64,000 nucleotides of DNA from Octopus bimaculoides (taxonomy: Eukaryota): positions 93,426,006 to 93,490,005 of the forward strand of contig NC_068990.1 of assembly GCF_001194135.2 (NCBI RefSeq), written 5' to 3'. A program made the translations under genes and the position numbers. Shown here in pieces: positions 63,667 through 64,000 of the stretch. How positions within the stretch are numbered: position 1 is the stretch's first letter; the number at the start of each line of letters is the position of its first letter. The notes beneath the pieces are model-generated. The model did not search any database, had not been told where the DNA came from, and saw only the letters and a program-made list of their open reading frames with translations.

Positions 63667-64000
63667 TGGTTTTAATCAAATTCCCTAACACATACATGTT
63701 TATTCAAATGCACATATACATTCACATACATAATATACCAATACACAAACACACATATAAATACACACACACACACCCATGTATCTCCACTACAGCAAGA
63801 CACTTGTTCCTCTCCCTCTATCATAATATAACCTCTCCTCACCTGGCATTAAGCCACTTCCCTCAATGTTACACCCCAGGGCCACATAAAAATACACTTT
63901 GTAGACCTGTAAATTAGCTGGGATTAGGAAAGGAGTCCAAGCAAACTATCCAGCAGATGTTAAATGATGATGGTGGTGATGGTGGTGGTCTATTCTGTTC

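Overview
AT-rich, microsatellite-dense animal genomic DNA with nine N-gaps. The repeat families and the (CA)n/(TA)n/(AAT)n density suggest an octopus (coleoid cephalopod); this is inference from recalled repeat sequences, not a database hit. The one clearly supported gene is a 9-exon USP12/USP46-family deubiquitinase on the minus strand (CDS 38005 to 6213, about 362 aa). All its introns are GT-AG with consistent phases, and the Cys/His/Asp catalytic motifs are intact; exon 1 is the least certain. A probable first coding exon of an unidentified plus-strand gene lies at 61391-61579, so the two genes appear head-to-head. The rest is transposon-derived: several tRNA-derived SINE families, RTE LINE 3' ends, two decayed Ty3/Gypsy pol remnants, a palindromic mariner derivative and fold-back elements. 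The most interesting signal is a short element present in three copies. It joins a tRNA-like Pol III head to an (AAT)n tract and a tail that folds into a minimal Penelope-type hammerhead ribozyme, and one copy carries an inverted tail duplication at its 5' end. A second, unrelated element carries another minimal hammerhead-like motif. I cannot tell without a literature or database search whether these are already described. All coordinates and alignments were done by eye; repeat boundaries are approximate.
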